The notes beneath the pieces were generated by a model. It searched no databases. It saw only the letters and a program-made list of their open reading frames with translations, and was not told the DNA's origin. Positions 11,103-26,346 of a stretch of 64,000 nt of DNA are shown piece after piece. The translations under genes and the position numbers were made by a program. Within the stretch, counting starts at the first letter, position 1; each line of letters begins with the position of its first letter. Origin of the DNA: Octopus vulgaris (lineage: Eukaryota); contig OX597830.1 of the NCBI GenBank assembly GCA_951406725.2, forward strand, positions 75,082,001 through 75,146,000, given 5' to 3'.

Positions 11103-11931
11103 TAAAAATTTATAATATTCATTATCTGTCAAGAGTTTAAAGAAAAAAGGTATATTTTGTTTGTATCTCTTGCAGATTGTGTAACCCCATGGTAGTTTTC
11201 TTCCCCGTCTTGTTTCACTTGCTATTATTGCACAAAAGTGGTCACTTTGGAGGTTCTGCTATTGGCTTCACCTGGTTGCACTTTCTAGCAAATCAACCAA
11301 CTATGTCTTACGATTTATTGATGCATTTTCTCTCCTCTTCCTAGTAAGTACATCAAAGATATTAGAGATATTGTGTTGCAAATATTGAGATTTAGCAAGT
11401 ATCTTGAAGTTTTGGTATTTTTTAAAAATATAAGTGTATTTTCTAAAAGACATTCATGGAAGACTGGACCTATTATTGTCGCAAAAATCATGTCAAATAT
11501 TCCAAACCCAAATCTGTGATCAGAAATATAAATGCTCATTAATTGTTGAATATATAAGGACGACGAACTGGCTGAATCGTTAGCAGAGTGAATGGAATAT
11601 TTAGTGCCATTACTTCCGCCTTTATGTCCTGAGTTCAAATTTCGCCGAGGTCCAGTATGGCTTTCAGTTCTTTTGGGGCAATAAAGAACCAGTTAAGCAA
11701 TGAGCTCTATGAGACCGTCAACTAACGCATCCTTCAAAAATTTCAGACCCTTTACCTATGTTGAAATGTTAGGATATATATATCTATCCAAATATTATTG
11801 AAAGATATGTGTATCACCTTCGTGAAAGAAACGCAAGGAAGCAAATTTAAATAAATGGTTTCCATACCACGCATATTTTCCTTAAAAAATAAAAATGGTA
11901 TACTTTATACATTATGTCATTTATATATGTA

Positions 11932-11991
<60 letters not shown>

Positions 11992-12300
11992 AAATCATAC
12001 ATGCATAAGTAGCCTAATATATATATGCTTATAACTTAAATGTGTTTAAATTATTACATCATTCGTGCAATATATTTAAAACATACATATATTTAAGGGA
12101 TATATTTCACTGTTCTGTTATATTTTGTGTTATTTTACAAAGGATATTTATATACACTATTAAAGAATAAGCGGTAACAAAACTGTATTATGTTTATACA
12201 GAAATCCCAAGACCGATAATCTTCTTTCCATTATCTCTGGAGTAGATACGATATACATATATATATACATATATATATATATATATGTGTATGTGTATGT

Positions 12301-12354
<54 letters not shown>

Positions 12355-12699
12355 CGTACATACATATATATCCGGAATGTTCGCATTTTCAAACTTATCG
12401 GATCCAAAAACAGGAGAAACGAAAATACAAGACAAATCGAAACGAACATAGTGGATCGGTGGATGATACGAGGGGAAAAAAATGAAACATATATGGATGC
12501 AAACATGCGTACACAGAAATTAAGAAATATGTACATACAACAAATGCACGCACAAGATCACAAACAGATCCACACATATGGCAATACGGATATGTATACC
12601 TATGTGCATGTGTGTATGTGTCTGTGTGTTGTTATGTGAAAGACAAATGCGGGATGTCGTATAAGATAAAACTAAGGAAGCTTTTATCTTTAATGTAGA

Positions 12700-12946
12700 A
12701 ATATGTATATACATATTATATATATATGTGTGTGCATGTATATGATTATGTATATATGTATATATATATATATATATATGTATGCATACATGTATATATA
12801 TATAAACATGTATACATATATATGCTTGTGTATTTATGTGTGTATATATATGTATATATATGTATATATATATATAAACTTATATTTATATGTATATTTA
12901 TATGTATATATATACATATATATATATATATATGTATATTTATATG

Positions 12947-12983
<37 letters not shown>

Positions 12984-13068
12984 GCATAAAATATTGCATG
13001 TGTTTGAGGAAAATTTCAAACTTCATGTTAAATATTTCCATTTAAAAGTAGAGAAATCTTGGAAAAGG

Positions 13069-13118
<50 letters not shown>
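12700..13118. repeat. Degenerate (TA)n/(TATG)n tract
   Basis: Directly visible. Confidence 0.9.
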
Positions 13119-13122
<4 letters not shown>

Positions 13123-13309
13123 TGGTGTATTTTGAAATCTTTTTGTTTGTTCCGTTTATATTTAAATACATTCCAAATATCTGTTGTTGTTGTTGTTTAT
13201 TTTTGTCTGTTTCATCTTCCTGAAATAGGGTACTGCATTTTAAGATGTCGATGACGATTATTTCTGCTAGTATTATCGTTATTATCACACACCTACAACA
13301 GCAACAACA

Positions 13310-13627
13310 GTTATCATCAACATCGTTTTCATCTCTATTTTTATCACTATCATCAACGTCATTCTCATCATCATGATCATTATCAACATCATCATCATCA
13401 TCCTCAACTCCATCATCGTCGTCGTCGCTGTCGTCGTCGTCATCATCATTATCGTCATCTCCTACATCATCATCATCATTATCCTTAACGCTGTCAGCAA
13501 TACCACTCTCATCATCATGATCCCCATCTTCTTTATCAACATCATCATTGTCGCTTGTATCATCATCCACCACGCTGTCGTTGTCATTGTCATCAGCGGC
13601 AGTAGCAGCCATGTCATGATGATGATG

Positions 13628-13689
<62 letters not shown>

Positions 13690-13738
13690 AAGAAGAAGAA
13701 GAAGAAGGATGATGATGATGGTGATGGATGATGATGAC

Positions 13739-13773
<35 letters not shown>

Positions 13774-13777
13774 CGAC

Positions 13778-13813
<36 letters not shown>

Positions 13814-14230
13814 AATCAACGAAAGTAACAAAGTCACCATCAAGAGCAACAATGTCACCAACCTCATAGTCTTCATCATTATTATCATCATCAATATCAT
13901 AATTATCCTCGTCTGACAAGCGTAATTAGCGCTAGACGAATAAGACTTATGCATCATCACTATTATCACCATCATCATCATAATCATCCACGTCACCGTC
14001 GTCATCATCGTCATCATAGTCGTCGTCATCGTCATCATTGTCACCCCATTGCGAAAATATTTAACTAAGTTTTACTAAAACTGACATAAGCTTCATTAGC
14101 TTGTTTATCGCAATAATCCACTCCAAATATACCCACCACCACCACCACCGCCGCCGCCATCCTCACCATCGCTAAAGTTGTCACTGGTTTCATCGTTGTC
14201 GTCATCTTCATCATCATCATCATCATCGTT
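13310..14230. repeat. Compound trinucleotide block (CAT)/(AAT)/(AAG)/(GAT)/(CAT)/(ACC)
   Basis: Directly visible; produces the spurious 338-aa ORF 13028-14044. Confidence 0.92.
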
Positions 14231-14329
14231 ATAGCCATGGTTGGCGTTATAACCAGTGTTGTCATGGACATAATTGTTGAGTATATTATTTACACATGCA
14301 TATATGCACACTGCCTTCCATTAAGGCTC

Positions 14330-15296
14330 GCTCCCAAGCATGCACACATTTCCATATACGTATATACCGCTATACATACACCGATACATGCATACAAACA
14401 TACATACATATATGCATATATATATATGATAGACAGTTATATATATATATATATATACCTTCACATACACCCACACATATATATGCAAATTTATATGTAT
14501 ATACCTCTCTACACACATCGATACATACATACATATGTATGCATATAAATATATATATATATAAATATTTATATATGTATATATACATGCATACATATAT
14601 ATATACGTATATGTATATGACTATGTACATGTATGTTTGTGAGACATATATATATATATTTATATAACAACATGCGTATATATATGTATATATTTATAAA
14701 TTAATATCATATATATATATATATATATATGTATTTGTATATGTATATGTGTGTGCGTATATGTGTATATGTATATATCCTCACACTTTATGTAGCTCTT
14801 GTACGCGCTAACATACACGTTTATCAAAATAAGAATTTATCTGATGTTAGATATACGTAGTAAGATAGGATTGCTAAATGGTAAGATACCGATGGAACAA
14901 AAACACAAAATGGAAGAAGGAAAATAATTCGTTTCATCCATCGTCTTTCACAAAACGAATTCGAAGAGGTTTAGAGCCAAAGAGTAAAGTGAGTAGATTT
15001 AGAAGACAAGTGACATCAGAGCGTTTGATATAAAAGCAGGAACTCCGATAGAAATTCCACGAATAGTGAGAAAACATTTCGACAACAGCGACAAGAACAA
15101 GAGAAACACACTTAGTGGAACGAGAATTAGTAGAGGGAAATTTATTGTGTATACATGTATATACATACATATGTAAATATATATATATATATATGAATAC
15201 GAACACACACACACATATATATATATATACATGCATACATATAAATATAAGTAATTATCTATTAATCTCTCTCTCTCTATGTATATATACATATAC

Positions 15297-15363
<67 letters not shown>

Positions 15364-15525
15364 CATATGTATATATATATGTATATAATATAAACATATA
15401 TGTATACATATTGTATATAAATACATACATATTAATGTATATATATATATACATATATACATACATATATATGTATATATATATATATAAACATATATGT
15501 ATACATATTGTATATAAATACATGC

Positions 15526-15569
<44 letters not shown>

Positions 15570-15640
15570 TATGTATATATGCAGATAGATAGGTAGATAG
15601 ATTGATGGATGGATGGATGGATGGATGGATGGATAGATAG
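14330..15640. repeat. Long TA-rich microsatellite region with (GGAT)n
   Basis: Directly visible, interrupted by ~350 bp of non-repetitive sequence. Confidence 0.85.
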
Positions 15641-16805
15641 ACATTCGTGCATATATATGTATACTATTTATATGTGTGTTTATAAATCCCTGCGCGTACG
15701 TGTACATGCACAATACTCGCTGTTTTCTGTGTTTGGTCAGAATCAAATCGAATTATCGCCAACGATTAGAAAGCAAAATATAAAGATGTAAATTAAATTG
15801 ACACAAAATTTTTAAATCATATATAAAAAAAAACAGTATGTGTAATATATATTTTTGCGGGTGTATGCGTGCGTGTGCGTGCGTGTATGTGTGTGTGTGT
15901 GTGTGTGTACATATTTCTGCGTGTGTGTGTTTAAATATGTGACAAATTTTATACAAAGTTTATTACAAATTTTCTCACCAGCCTGTTTACACAATCACTT
16001 CAGTTGATCATATCCTCAAGATATGAAATTTTCCGCTAAGAAACTTTTAAAATATTGTTTTCATATTTTCAACAAAATAAATAAATAAATAAAATAAAAT
16101 AAAATAAAAAATGAAAACCTATCTGTTATATGACAATGTTGTAGCTCTTTTCTCTTTGTATCTTTAATTTTTAAGGGTGGATGTTTGTTTTAATAGCATG
16201 GGGTGTTGTTGGTGTTTGTTTAAATTATCTTCTTTGCAAACATCGTTGTTGTTATTGTCTTCCATACTTTGCTTGGTAATTTTTATATTTTATTATTAGT
16301 TCTTTTTTTCTTCACTTTTACTGGTCGTTGTTGACACAATCTTTTTGTAAAATCTATTTTGTATTTGATGGAAGATAAATTGACATACAAACAAGCAAGC
16401 ACAAAAAAGATGTTTAGATTTTGTAAAAAAAAAATTATTCTTAATATCTAATCTAATTCTTTTTCGCTTCTTATATATTCTTCCTTTAAACGGAAAATAT
16501 TAAATAACAAACAATATATATATATAAATGTTTTAAAAACAAAACGCACAAACAGATTCTGATGATACAAAACAAAACAAAAATAGGTATTTTAAAAATA
16601 CAGATAGAATATTTCGCCAAAAAAAAACAAAAAAGAAAATGCATTTCCTTCCATCACTAAAATTAAGCTTAAATACACACACACACACACACACATTAAA
16701 AAAAACATGCATGCACACACAAACACACCGCACACTACATCCATATAAAAATACGCTAGCACACACACAAAACACTTCCTGAATACAGACGTACTTACAT
16801 GTACG

Positions 16806-16858
<53 letters not shown>

Positions 16859-17018
16859 TATATTTGTGCATATTTATGAGCGTGTGTGTGCGCATGTATA
16901 TGCGTGTATATATATGCATGCATGTATGTATATATATATATATATATACACATATACATAAAATATATACTTATATACATAAATACATATATACATATAC
17001 GTATACATATATACATAT

Positions 17019-17066
<48 letters not shown>

Positions 17067-17462
17067 TACATCAATATATATATACGTCAATATATATATA
17101 CATCAATAATATATATACATCAATAATATATGTGTACGAATGAGTGTGTGTGTATGTGTTTGTGTGTGTGCGTCCTATGTACCTATGTACGTATTTCTGT
17201 TTGTTTCTACAATATAAATAATTTTATAAGCAACGTAAAAATTTGTTGATGATTTTCTCATCAGTTTTATATAAATTATGATTGTTCATATGTGGTGATG
17301 TTCTTTGTGCATCTCAAGACAAATAAGGATTTCCATTTTAATGATGTAGACAAAAGCACACATACAGTTAGACAGATATATAGATAGATGGAATAACAGA
17401 CAAATATAGCTTTATATATATATGTATTTATATATTATAAATATATATATGTATATATATAC

Positions 17463-17526
<64 letters not shown>

Positions 17527-18029
17527 CCCCATACATATATGTTACACATGCATATATTTACAAATATATATGTAGACAAACAAACGCATATATCCGTGTT
17601 TCTAAACCAAGATGCAAACATCAGCTTTATTAAAATTTTAAGTATTATATTTTCACTTATTTTTCAAATTTTTATTTTCTTTCTTGTAGATTTTGCTCCT
17701 GCTGCTGCTGCTGCTACTAGTCTCCATATTGTCTGTGGTGTATTAAGTAAAATGGTGATGGTGTTGGTCGTAGCTGCGGTTAGAATTTCCTTATAAAATT
17801 ATTTAATTTTACAGCAGGAAATTTAACAAAACATATTGACTCATTTCATTTGCGTTTAATTAAATATTTATTCAGCTTTTCCGTATTTTACAGTTTTTAT
17901 TACTTTCTTAATTTTATTGTCTGTTAATTATGATTGTTCTTTTTCACATTCTTTGTTTTTTTTCATATTTACTCTTTATTTAGGAGAATTTACTTTATAT
18001 ATATATTGGTGTGTGTGTGTGCTATAAAG

Positions 18030-18072
<43 letters not shown>

Positions 18073-18236
18073 TACATATATAGATAGATAGATAGTTAGA
18101 TACATATATATATACGTACATATATATATATATAAATTTTTAGGTAAGTATATAACCATATGTGTGTATATATATATATATATACATGTATACATATATA
18201 TAATACTGTTTGCTGCGATTAGGAAAGTATATAACC

Positions 18237-18282
<46 letters not shown>

Positions 18283-18655
18283 TCATATATACAGGCGCGT
18301 AAACATTGAACTCCGATACTCTATTACAATTCAGATATTTAGACTAACTGTTTATATATAACCAAGAGAGCAAAAAGTAAACGAATATATATACTACTAA
18401 TTGTTTTGGTTAATTGTAATTTCCTTGTAATTAAAAAAAATGTTTGCTTCAATAAATAATAAGCTTACATGATTATTTGTAGTCTTCATATAGTTTTTAT
18501 CTCCTTTGTTTATTCTGTACATTGAATAATTGCTTACATAAAAACATTGTGTAACAGGAGTCGATCCTTGGGCAATGTTCCATGCGTAATCTCTCTCTAT
18601 TTTCTCTCACTCTTTGTATACGAACTGGCCTATATGAATGCGTATACTTGTATAC

Positions 18656-18738
<83 letters not shown>

Positions 18739-18748
18739 AATGTATATC

Positions 18749-18781
<33 letters not shown>

Positions 18782-18893
18782 ATATATATTCTCGTTTTGT
18801 CTTAACTATTTGAATTCTTCCTTAGGAAGAAAGAAGTGGATTCTAATAAGGACACAGAACTCCATCGTTAGACTGTAGATAACGAAAACAATG

Positions 18894-19447
18894 TCACATT
18901 TTAAACCTGACAAAAGTCTTGCACATCTTTACTGTTCCACTCACAGATTGCATTTGTAAAGTCCGAGTTTTTTGGTTGATTTCTTTTTCCTAAAACCAGA
19001 GCTTGTCCATATTGTCAATCACACATTGAATCACAAAACCCAGTGTACCAGTTATTATTGATGTGTGTATAAATTTATAATCTGCTTATAGAAGCTGAAG
19101 GTTTCGCAGAAGGTGTCCATAGTTATACTCCTTTCCTTTGATTATTAGCGATATTCAAAACAGCAGGACAGTTCACATCTGTGTCGGTACATAATTTTAA
19201 TTCGTTTGTCCCGAACAACAATTTTCGGTCAGTTATATTTTACACTTGAGAGTTGTTTTCATGCGAATGTAACAAATATGTGCATTTTGTTTAGGTTTGT
19301 GTATGCATTCAATAACAAGGGAATTCTCTATATTTATTCCAATATTTTTTTTTTCCGAATGGCGTTGCATACTGTTTTTGCAACAACGTCGTATCGCATA
19401 GGGAGGTAGTATTCTGATGACATTTTTAGGCAGCTGCCAATCACATG
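18894..19447 (-). mobile_element. Degenerate RLE-type non-LTR retrotransposon C-terminus (R4/Dong-related group)
   Basis: Minus strand HVIGSCLKMSSEYYLPMRYDVVAKTV (knuckle/RHD region), NYGHLLRNLQLL, IITGTLGFV, RTLQMQSVSGTVKMCKTFVRFKM*; many stops and frameshifts. Confidence 0.75.
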
Positions 19448-19616
19448 TGTGATATGTATATATGTATGTAATTATGTATGCATATATGTGTGTATATGTA
19501 TGTATGTATAAATATACATGAAATTATATATAATTCCGTACAAAAATATACAAACACAAATACAAGCATATACGTTACATACACGCACGCAAACACATAC
19601 CTACATACATGCATAA

Positions 19617-19706
<90 letters not shown>

Positions 19707-19899
19707 TGAGAGAGAGTGAGAGAGAAAGAGAGAGGGAGAGTGATAGATAGATAAATAGAGACATAAATGGATAGGTATACCTATGTATATATACACATAT
19801 ACACACAACAAAAGACATATACCTATATACTTATCAATTCATTGGTAGCTACTATATGTGTGCGTTTGTGTATACGTGCGTCTATCAGTGTGCGTTCGC

Positions 19900-20225
19900 T
19901 TCTGCGCGTGTCTTTGTGTTTGTACTCGTGCCTCCCTCTAACACTTGACAACCGTTGTTGGTGTGTTTACATCTCTGTGATGCAATAAGGGTGATGGAAT
20001 AAGTACGAGGATTAAAAATGTACCATTCATTTTGAGGTCGAATCGTTCGAATAAATCTCTTCAACACGGTGCTGCAACATGGCCACAGTCTAATGACTAA
20101 AACAAGATAAAATATAAAAGATGAAATATAAAGGGAGCTGCGTGGCTGTGTGGTAAGAAGCTTGCCTCCGAACAACATGGATCCTGGTTCAGTCCAACAG
20201 CGTGGCTCCTTGGGCAAGTGTCTTT
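19900..20225 (+). mobile_element. SINE family B 3' half followed by a second B head
   Basis: cttgacaaccgttgttggtgtgtttac...cggtgctgcaacatggccacagtctaatgactaaaacaag; then tggctgtgtggtaagaagcttgc...ttgggcaagtgtctt. Confidence 0.8.
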
Positions 20226-20326
20226 TAGTGTGGCTTCATTCATATATATGTTTGTATGTATGTATGTATGTATGCATATGTATATATATCTATATCTATA
20301 TCTGACTAACTATCTATCTATCTATC

Positions 20327-20358
<32 letters not shown>

Positions 20359-20396
20359 CGTGTGTGTGTGTGTCTATATATATATATATGCGTGTG

Positions 20397-20464
<68 letters not shown>

Positions 20465-21152
20465 CGGATATGTTTGTAAATTATATGCATTTGAATACAA
20501 ATGAAGTGACAGAATCATAAGTGATTACGAACCTACGGAGTTAAAAGATGGTAATTTCGTAAATAGAAGTGGAAGTTGTCTTAGCACTCTTCTCTCATCG
20601 TGATAATTTCTTCTGAGTTGGATCAAACACAAAATAAAATTCTTCCTTGAGATAAAAAAAAAATGTGAATATTTTTTTTCCAATGCGTGTGTAAATGTGT
20701 ATATGTGTGTATGTGGGTGCTTGTGTGTGTCTGTGTGTCTGAGGGCGTGTAAGCTTATTTTGAAAATGTCAGGGGGGAAGCACAAACGCATACATACATA
20801 CGTTGGTACGGACGTACGTACATACACAGAAACACACACTCGCAAGTAACATGAGGAAATACCAACGTGGAGTCAAAGTGACGGACGTATATCATTATAG
20901 TCACTTTAAAACCAACGGATATATAACCGCATGCCCACATACATTCATACGTTCATACGTACACAGATGCATACATACGCACATAGAGGTATAGACGTAC
21001 ATGTACACATATATGCGTAAGTACGTACGCATCTATATCACTAGGTATTATGTGTATGTGTAATACACTCCCTGCTGCTCTACTCACGGTATTTACTTCA
21101 AATTTTATGGTGTAAGTTTATGGAATACTCTAGGTTTGACTTCAAGTACCAG

Positions 21153-21186
<34 letters not shown>

Positions 21187-21565
21187 AATCCTCACCGTCG
21201 TTATTATCATCATCGACATCATCATCATCAACGTTGTCGTCGTCATTGTCGTCACCATCATCATCAGCAGCATCGTCATCGTAATGGCTACTAATATGTT
21301 CTCCATCAATGTCATTTTCCCAAGCAATAGCAATACCACCACCACCACCACCACCACCACCACCAGCATCACCATCACTACCACCACCACCACCATTACC
21401 ACCACCATCACCACCAACAACACTACCACTACCACCACTACCACTACCACCACCGCCACCACAAACGCCACCATTAACATCACCAATACTACCAACACCT
21501 CTACCAGCACTGCTGCTGCTACTGCTACTACTACAACAACAACTACTACTACTACTACTACTACT
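21153..21565. repeat. (ATC)/(ACC)/(ACT) compound microsatellite
   Basis: Directly visible. Confidence 0.92.
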
Positions 21566-22369
21566 TTTTACTATTAATTATTCTTCCTCTTCACATTGTA
21601 TCACACGCCTCACCAACTCTTCCCTGTCATTATTATGAGAATCGTTAGCAGGGCCACACAAAATGCCTTACACGTCTTGTTTGAGAGTTTTACCTTCTAA
21701 CTTCAAATCCTTGCTATTTCAATATTCAAGCTTGAATAAATTTAACTTCCACCCAATAGCATGGATCATTATCATCGAGTACTTCACTTACTAAAGTTTG
21801 CGGCCTCGTCTTTATATAACTCGACTGTAGAATCTGTGTAGTACTTTATAGAAGTACATTACGGGAAATTTCCAACCTTCTTAATCCTGGAAGGTTTACA
21901 TCAGTGCATTGCTTGTTCGTCCTGCATTATAGCAGCCTGACTGTGTTAGGATCAACAAAAGCAATGCATCCCGGTCACACAGTCCTTCAATATTCATGTG
22001 CTTTCGATTTCTAAGTTTATTTCGAAATGCTGGGTTTCTCATTTCAGATATGTCTGGATATAAATTGATATATTGTCTGTAGTGTGAATCGGATTACCAC
22101 TTCCATTTAACAAACAAGAGCGAGTAGTCGAGTAATTTTTCATTATCTGATGTACGTTTATAGTGGACATGGTTGAAATTTCTGTGTATTGGGCCATTAC
22201 ACCCATATCTTCATCAAGCACCATTTGAAAAGAGAGGTGATATCTCTCTATAAAATTTGTGAAAGTTAAGTCTTTCATTAGCCACGTGCCCTTCCTGTGT
22301 GCAATGCTTGGCTTGAGAAGACTCACCGGTTCCCTGTGTGTTTTACTGCATGAATACAATCACCCAAGT

Positions 22370-22620
22370 TCTTGGTTCCTATATATTATTTGATGTCATC
22401 AATTTCTAAACGTTTCTGGCGGCCTTTTAGTCTCTTGCCCTCAAACACTTCTAGTCATGATTATCTTGGGCCGTGATTAGTTGTAAATTGTATATCCAAA
22501 TTTTATGAGCTTTGTGGGCCTGACTGGAATTGCTAAATTGACTTACATTTACTATGTCGTGCAGCCTGGGGACACTGCGAGGAATCACGGTGATAGTTTG
22601 ATGGTTTAAAAATACATCAA
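22370..22620 (-). mobile_element. Highly decayed RTE-clade LINE ORF C-terminus
   Basis: Minus strand VFEGKRLKGRQKRLEIDDIK resembles the RTE terminal motif GK.EG.R.RGR...W.D.IK. Confidence 0.45.
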
Positions 22621-22837
22621 TTCTTTCTCTTCAAAGAAATGCTCAGTTTGGAAAAGAAGCATAAATCATTTCAGTTAAATTACTTGTTTCCTATGTGAAA
22701 GTTCATTATCAATACTTACAGCATCTAGTTTTGTTATTTCATAGAACATCTCTTCATCTATCCTTGTAGTAATCTCGTAAAATCTAGATGTAGTGTTCAC
22801 TGTTATGCTGTGTGTTTGCCATAGCATTTGTTTTACG

Positions 22838-23015
<178 letters not shown>

Positions 23016-24458
23016 CCGCTGGACGAAATGCTTAGCGGTATTTAACCCGTCGCTACGTTCTGAGTTCAAATTCCGCGGAAGTCGACTTTACCTTTCATCC
23101 TTTCGGGGTCGATAAATTAAGTACCAGTGAAACACTAAGACCAGTGTAACAGAATTATCCTTTCCCTCAATAAGGCTGCCTTTGCGGCAAAATTTTAAAC
23201 CATTGTAATTATTAAAAGAATTATTTTCGCATTCACCCCTCCGTGATAATGATATAGTATGGGTTTAGTATATCTTGGAGTTGTCGCCGACAAACTAAAC
23301 CATTTAAAACTAAGTAATACGTAAAATTAAAAATAATTATAAAATTTCCTCTTCCGTTTGCGTTGTTATTTTAAAATCATTGTTAATGCGCAGATCATAA
23401 TTAGTTTAAGGAAGAATGAAATGAATATGGTATTTAGTCACATTGTCATTTCAAATCAGGCCAAGGTCGAAATTCGCCTCCCTACAGGGGTCTGCAATTT
23501 AAGTATATTTTGCACGCATCTACGTGATAGATTTTTCCTTCCAGAAACATCAGAATCCTTGCTCGATGGGACTGACCCGCGTATAGAGATTGAACCTGAA
23601 TCAAACGCGTTTACAAAGCGAGCTTTTTTATCTACATAACCATGCCTGCGCTTAACCACAAAGGAAAACTGATTTAAACACCCTAAAACCTATAGACCTG
23701 AAAGAACTCTAAAACCCTTGAATTAATGTTTTGAACATGGCAAAATAGTTTCTAAGAATTGCAGTACTGCCAAAGGAGGAAGTAAGTCTTTCCGGACGAA
23801 ATTTTTACGAAAACGTTTTGGAAATGCACATTATTAATTGACTAGAATGAAAAGAAATTCTTTAAACTACAAAAGATATCTGTAATACGATTATAATCTT
23901 CAACATATTTTTATAGTATATGGTAGTTTAAAGACTTCCTGATAAAGAACAGTTGTTTATAGTGATGTTAATTTAAGCGTTGTAGTCAGGTAATTGTAAA
24001 TGTACCAATGAGATTTCATAACGAAAGATGTAAACGTTGAGAATAATGGAAAATATAGTTGATTGAACGAGTATACGTAATTTGAAGTAAATTAAAGTCA
24101 GATAAATTTTGGAATGATCATCAATTGTAATATATTTGTAAATTGTGATTTTCAATGAGATCTTTGCCTTTTGATGTCTTATAGCGATATATGTTTGGTA
24201 GAAAAATTAGAAGTTATTTCGATTTATGGTAGAATAATTAGGGTGACTTTAAAAAATATAGATCTGGATAATGAAACAACTTAAATAAAACTAATTCTAG
24301 AATTATTTCTAGAAAGAGGAATGCTTATCATACATTAGTTCTTAAAATATAATGATTTTTTAAAAATAATTTTTTATACTGATTTAAAGAAAAGTATATC
24401 TATTTAATGAAATATGATATAAAACAATATAGAAAAAGTAAGATTCATTATGACATAT

Positions 24459-24673
24459 CGGTTTCAAATTTTTGCACAAGACCGACAATTTTGGGGAAAG
24501 ATTGAGTCGATTACATCGACCCCAGTGCTCAACTGGTACTTATATTATCGACCCCGGTAAAGGATGAAAGGCGGAGTCGACCGCAGCGGAATTTGAACTC
24601 GAAACGTAAAGACGAGCGAAATACAGCTAAGCATTTTGCCCGGCGCGGTAACGAGTCTGCCAGCTCGTCGCCT
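24459..24673 (-). mobile_element. Full-length SINE-A' fused downstream of the 5S pseudogene
   Basis: Minus strand ggcgacgagctggcagactcgttacc...gagttcaaattccg...gcctttcatcctttaccggggtcgataa...ggtcttgtgcaaaaatttgaaacc. Confidence 0.88.
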
Positions 24674-24690
24674 GAAAAGTGTAGGAGTTA

Positions 24691-24807
24691 CTTATACCAC
24701 CGAGGTTTCCCAAGCGGTTACCCATCTAAGTACTAACTAGGCTCCACATTGCTGAACCTCGATAATCAGACGAGAACCGGTGTATTCAACATGATATGGA
24801 CGTAAGC
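24691..24807 (-). pseudogene. 5S rRNA pseudogene (near full length)
   Basis: Minus strand GCTTACGTCCATATCATGTTGAATACACCGGTTCTCGTCTGATTATCGAGGTTCAGCAA...GTTAGTACTTAGATGGGTAACCGCTTGGGAAAC...TATAAG aligns to metazoan 5S with many transitions; isolated, not in an array. Confidence 0.9.
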
Positions 24808-26289
24808 GATTTATTACGACCTATTGAACTATGAATTAAGACATCATCGTTGCAAAAAAGGATTTTCTAAATGTTATAAAGACCTTTTCTTAAATATAAC
24901 GAACGATGTATGTGATAAAAGTGTGTTAAGATGTATTGGGGAAAATTAAATCACTGTAATATAAGAGTCAATGGATGTATGATGCATCATCATAATTATA
25001 TACATTAATCTGATACTTCTTAATTGTTATTAGAATAGTCTCTTGGACAAATAAACCTAAAAATAAGATTTACCTTCCCTTCAAACGACTTTGTCGGTCA
25101 TACAATGAATGTCAAATATACTAGAACTTGTGTTTACACCAGGAGTTCTAACTACTTTTCATCTATCGACCCTTTTGACTATTATTTTATTCTGGTGGCC
25201 CTCACCATAGCCATTCGATGTTTAAAACTAATTTTATGGATACTTCTTTCAAAATTCCTATTTAGTATTTCACGCGTTCACTTGACCTATGTAAAACATA
25301 AGAGAAAGAAATCGAGCTGTTTCTTTCAATACATACATTTAAAACAATATTTTTTAAGGGGCTCTTAAAATACTATTGTGGATCCCCAATTTGCTATTGT
25401 GTTGCATGGACCCTCAAAAATCTTATATGAACTGTGGTTGAGAAACAGTGGTCTACACAAAACGCTATTATAACCTGGTGCGCTTTAACACACTTTCTGT
25501 GCATAATTTCATTCACATATTTATGCAAACCGTATTTCTATGTATTTCTGCATTTTTATAACAATGCCTAAAAAGTCCCACAATGAAAAAAGTATTTAAA
25601 AACCGTCAAACTTGAAGTCATTTTAGTGTATTCATTTTATTCCACTTTATCTATGCCTCTTGTTATTTAAATTTTATCTTACATTTTTTTCTGAGATTTA
25701 AACCTTCTTTCAAAATCATTGTAAACATTCAAATATTTTTTAAATCGTTATCTTCAATGAACTAGTGGACGATAATGATTTCCCCTTCTCAAAACGTATT
25801 TGTGAAGATAACAATGAGGTTTTGTTACAGAGATAATGGAATAGACATGATTACATAAAGTAAGATTGCAGAGATAAGCTCGATAAAAGTTTAAGTGATT
25901 ATAAATACCAGTATATTCGTAAATAGTATTTTGCGATGAGACGTTTGGTGTTGAAATAATATAGGGATAAAGTTAGTATAAACATCATAAACCATTATGA
26001 AGTATTGTAAAACATTTAGTCGTAAGTTCAAAAAACAGTTAAAAGTGAAGAATACAAATATTATAAATAAAAATAATTTCAGAAACTATTTAAATGGCTA
26101 AGAAAAGAAAGCGCAGTGAATACACTTCTAAATGTTTAACAATCGTTACTAATGTTTTCTTTTATTGGCGACAAGGCCCCAAGACAATAAGGATAACATT
26201 GAAGTACGAAATGGAACACAGAAGCAAGTAGGGGTCTCATAATCAAAGGGGAAAACAACAAAAAAGACATAGAAAATATTAGAATTCAG

Positions 26290-26346
<57 letters not shown>

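Noticed and set aside
13028-14044. 338-aa ORF with poly-I/H/S/Y/D
   Set aside because: Pure translation of compound trinucleotide microsatellites; no domain or splice support.
24691-24807. Functional 5S rRNA gene
   Set aside because: Many substitutions in helices and internal promoter, solitary, and fused to a SINE inside a TSD.
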